Below, piece after piece: positions 63,563 to 64,000 of a stretch of 64,000 nucleotides of DNA. The notes beneath the pieces are model-generated. The model was given only the letters and a program-made list of their open reading frames with translations. It searched no databases and had not been told where the DNA came from. Origin of the DNA: Chloroflexota bacterium. GTDB lineage: Bacteria; Chloroflexota; Dehalococcoidia; Lucifugimonadales; UBA3495. The DNA lies in contig VXTR01000014.1 of the NCBI GenBank assembly GCA_009837355.1, positions 10,560-74,559 of the forward strand, read 5' to 3'. Position numbers and translations under genes: made by a program. Numbering within the stretch: position 1 is the first letter of the stretch; each line of letters begins with the position of its first letter.

Positions 63563-64000
63563 ATGATTTTGGTCGGTTCTCAAACTTGGCTGTCGTTACG
63601 ACGAAAAGCTGCCAAAGTGTCCCAGTTCGTCGCGACGATTAGCCTCCCGACTTGGAACGACATTCTGCTCAGGTTGCCCTTGGTAGTGGCCTTCGTGGTT
63701 CTGCCGATTGCGGTTTTGCTTCTGATCAAAGCGGAACCCATTGGCGCTCTCGCGATTTCCACGGGTTCGGTCACGTTCCTTGGTGCCCTGCTGGGTGCCC
63801 AGTCCGCTGTTGCAGCACTCACACTTGCCGTGATGCTTTTTGTGATGCAGGCCGTGAGTGCCAGAAGAGATGTCGACGACAGGGTCTATTCCGAGTATGT
63901 CCGACGGTCAAGGGTAAAGCCTATCTTTTGGTGCAGTATAGGTGCCGTTGCTTTCACCGGAGCGGTTCTGATTGTGGAGAGGGTGGTTGACGACGCCGGT
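63563..64000 (+). CDS. 5' part of a membrane-protein gene running off the right edge
   Basis: The frame is open from ATG 63563 to the window end (146 codons). It is absent from the ORF track, presumably because it has no stop in the window. Hydrophobic TM-like segments include 'LPLVVAFVVLPIAVLLLI', 'GALAISTGSVTFLGALLGA' and 'AALTLAVMLFVM'. The region has lower GC. Confidence 0.4.
   Translation, partial: MILVGSQTWLSLRRKAAKVSQFVATISLPTWNDILLRLPLVVAFVVLPIAVLLLIKAEPIGALAISTGSVTFLGALLGAQSAVAALTLAVMLFVMQAVSARRDVDDRVYSEYVRRSRVKPIFWCSIGAVAFTGAVLIVERVVDDAG

Noticed and set aside
63580-63990. The listed ORFs 63580..63822 (-) and 63652..63990 (+)
   Set aside because: Both overlap a longer open-ended plus-strand frame (from 63563) whose product has coherent transmembrane-like segments. 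The listed ORFs are Cys/Arg/Ser-rich with no motifs.

Overview
High-GC (about 60-65% by eye), gene-dense chromosomal segment. It holds about 60 protein genes and one tRNA-Asn. I saw no rRNA, CRISPR array, transposase, integrase or prophage genes. Most content is core or catabolic metabolism: malate synthase plus a long PEPCK-like protein, enolase, rsmG, trmI, panC, an aldehyde dehydrogenase and a Liv-type amino-acid ABC transporter. It also has a Fur-family/TroA-type metal-uptake operon, two peptide (Dpp/Opp-type) ABC sets, several MFS transporters, LLM/F420-type oxidoreductases, DinB proteins, a GMC oxidoreductase and a DUF1800/DUF1501/NHL cluster. This mix resembles Chloroflexota (SAR202-like) genomes, but that is inference only. 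Many ORFs over 300 aa in the track are antisense shadows of real genes, as expected at this GC content. The most notable points follow. (1) A glutaredoxin-DinB fusion has an in-frame TGA exactly at the first Cys of the CxxC motif and a hairpin 11 nt downstream, making it a candidate selenoprotein that the ORF track truncates. (2) A 600-bp gene-free region contains a nested long-range helix, so it may encode an unidentified structured RNA. (3) A lower-GC islet encodes an FCS zinc-ribbon protein, a tandem-domain dCTP-deaminase-like protein and an orphan 170-aa protein, each unit followed by a composite G-rich/palindromic element. (4) A 23-nt A/T-only patch replaces the conserved cofactor-binding motif inside an otherwise intact aldehyde dehydrogenase. 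(5) A HerA-like ATPase is translationally coupled to a small protein that resembles a HerA N-terminal barrel. (6) A substrate-binding protein gene carries an internal 1128-bp tandem duplication.
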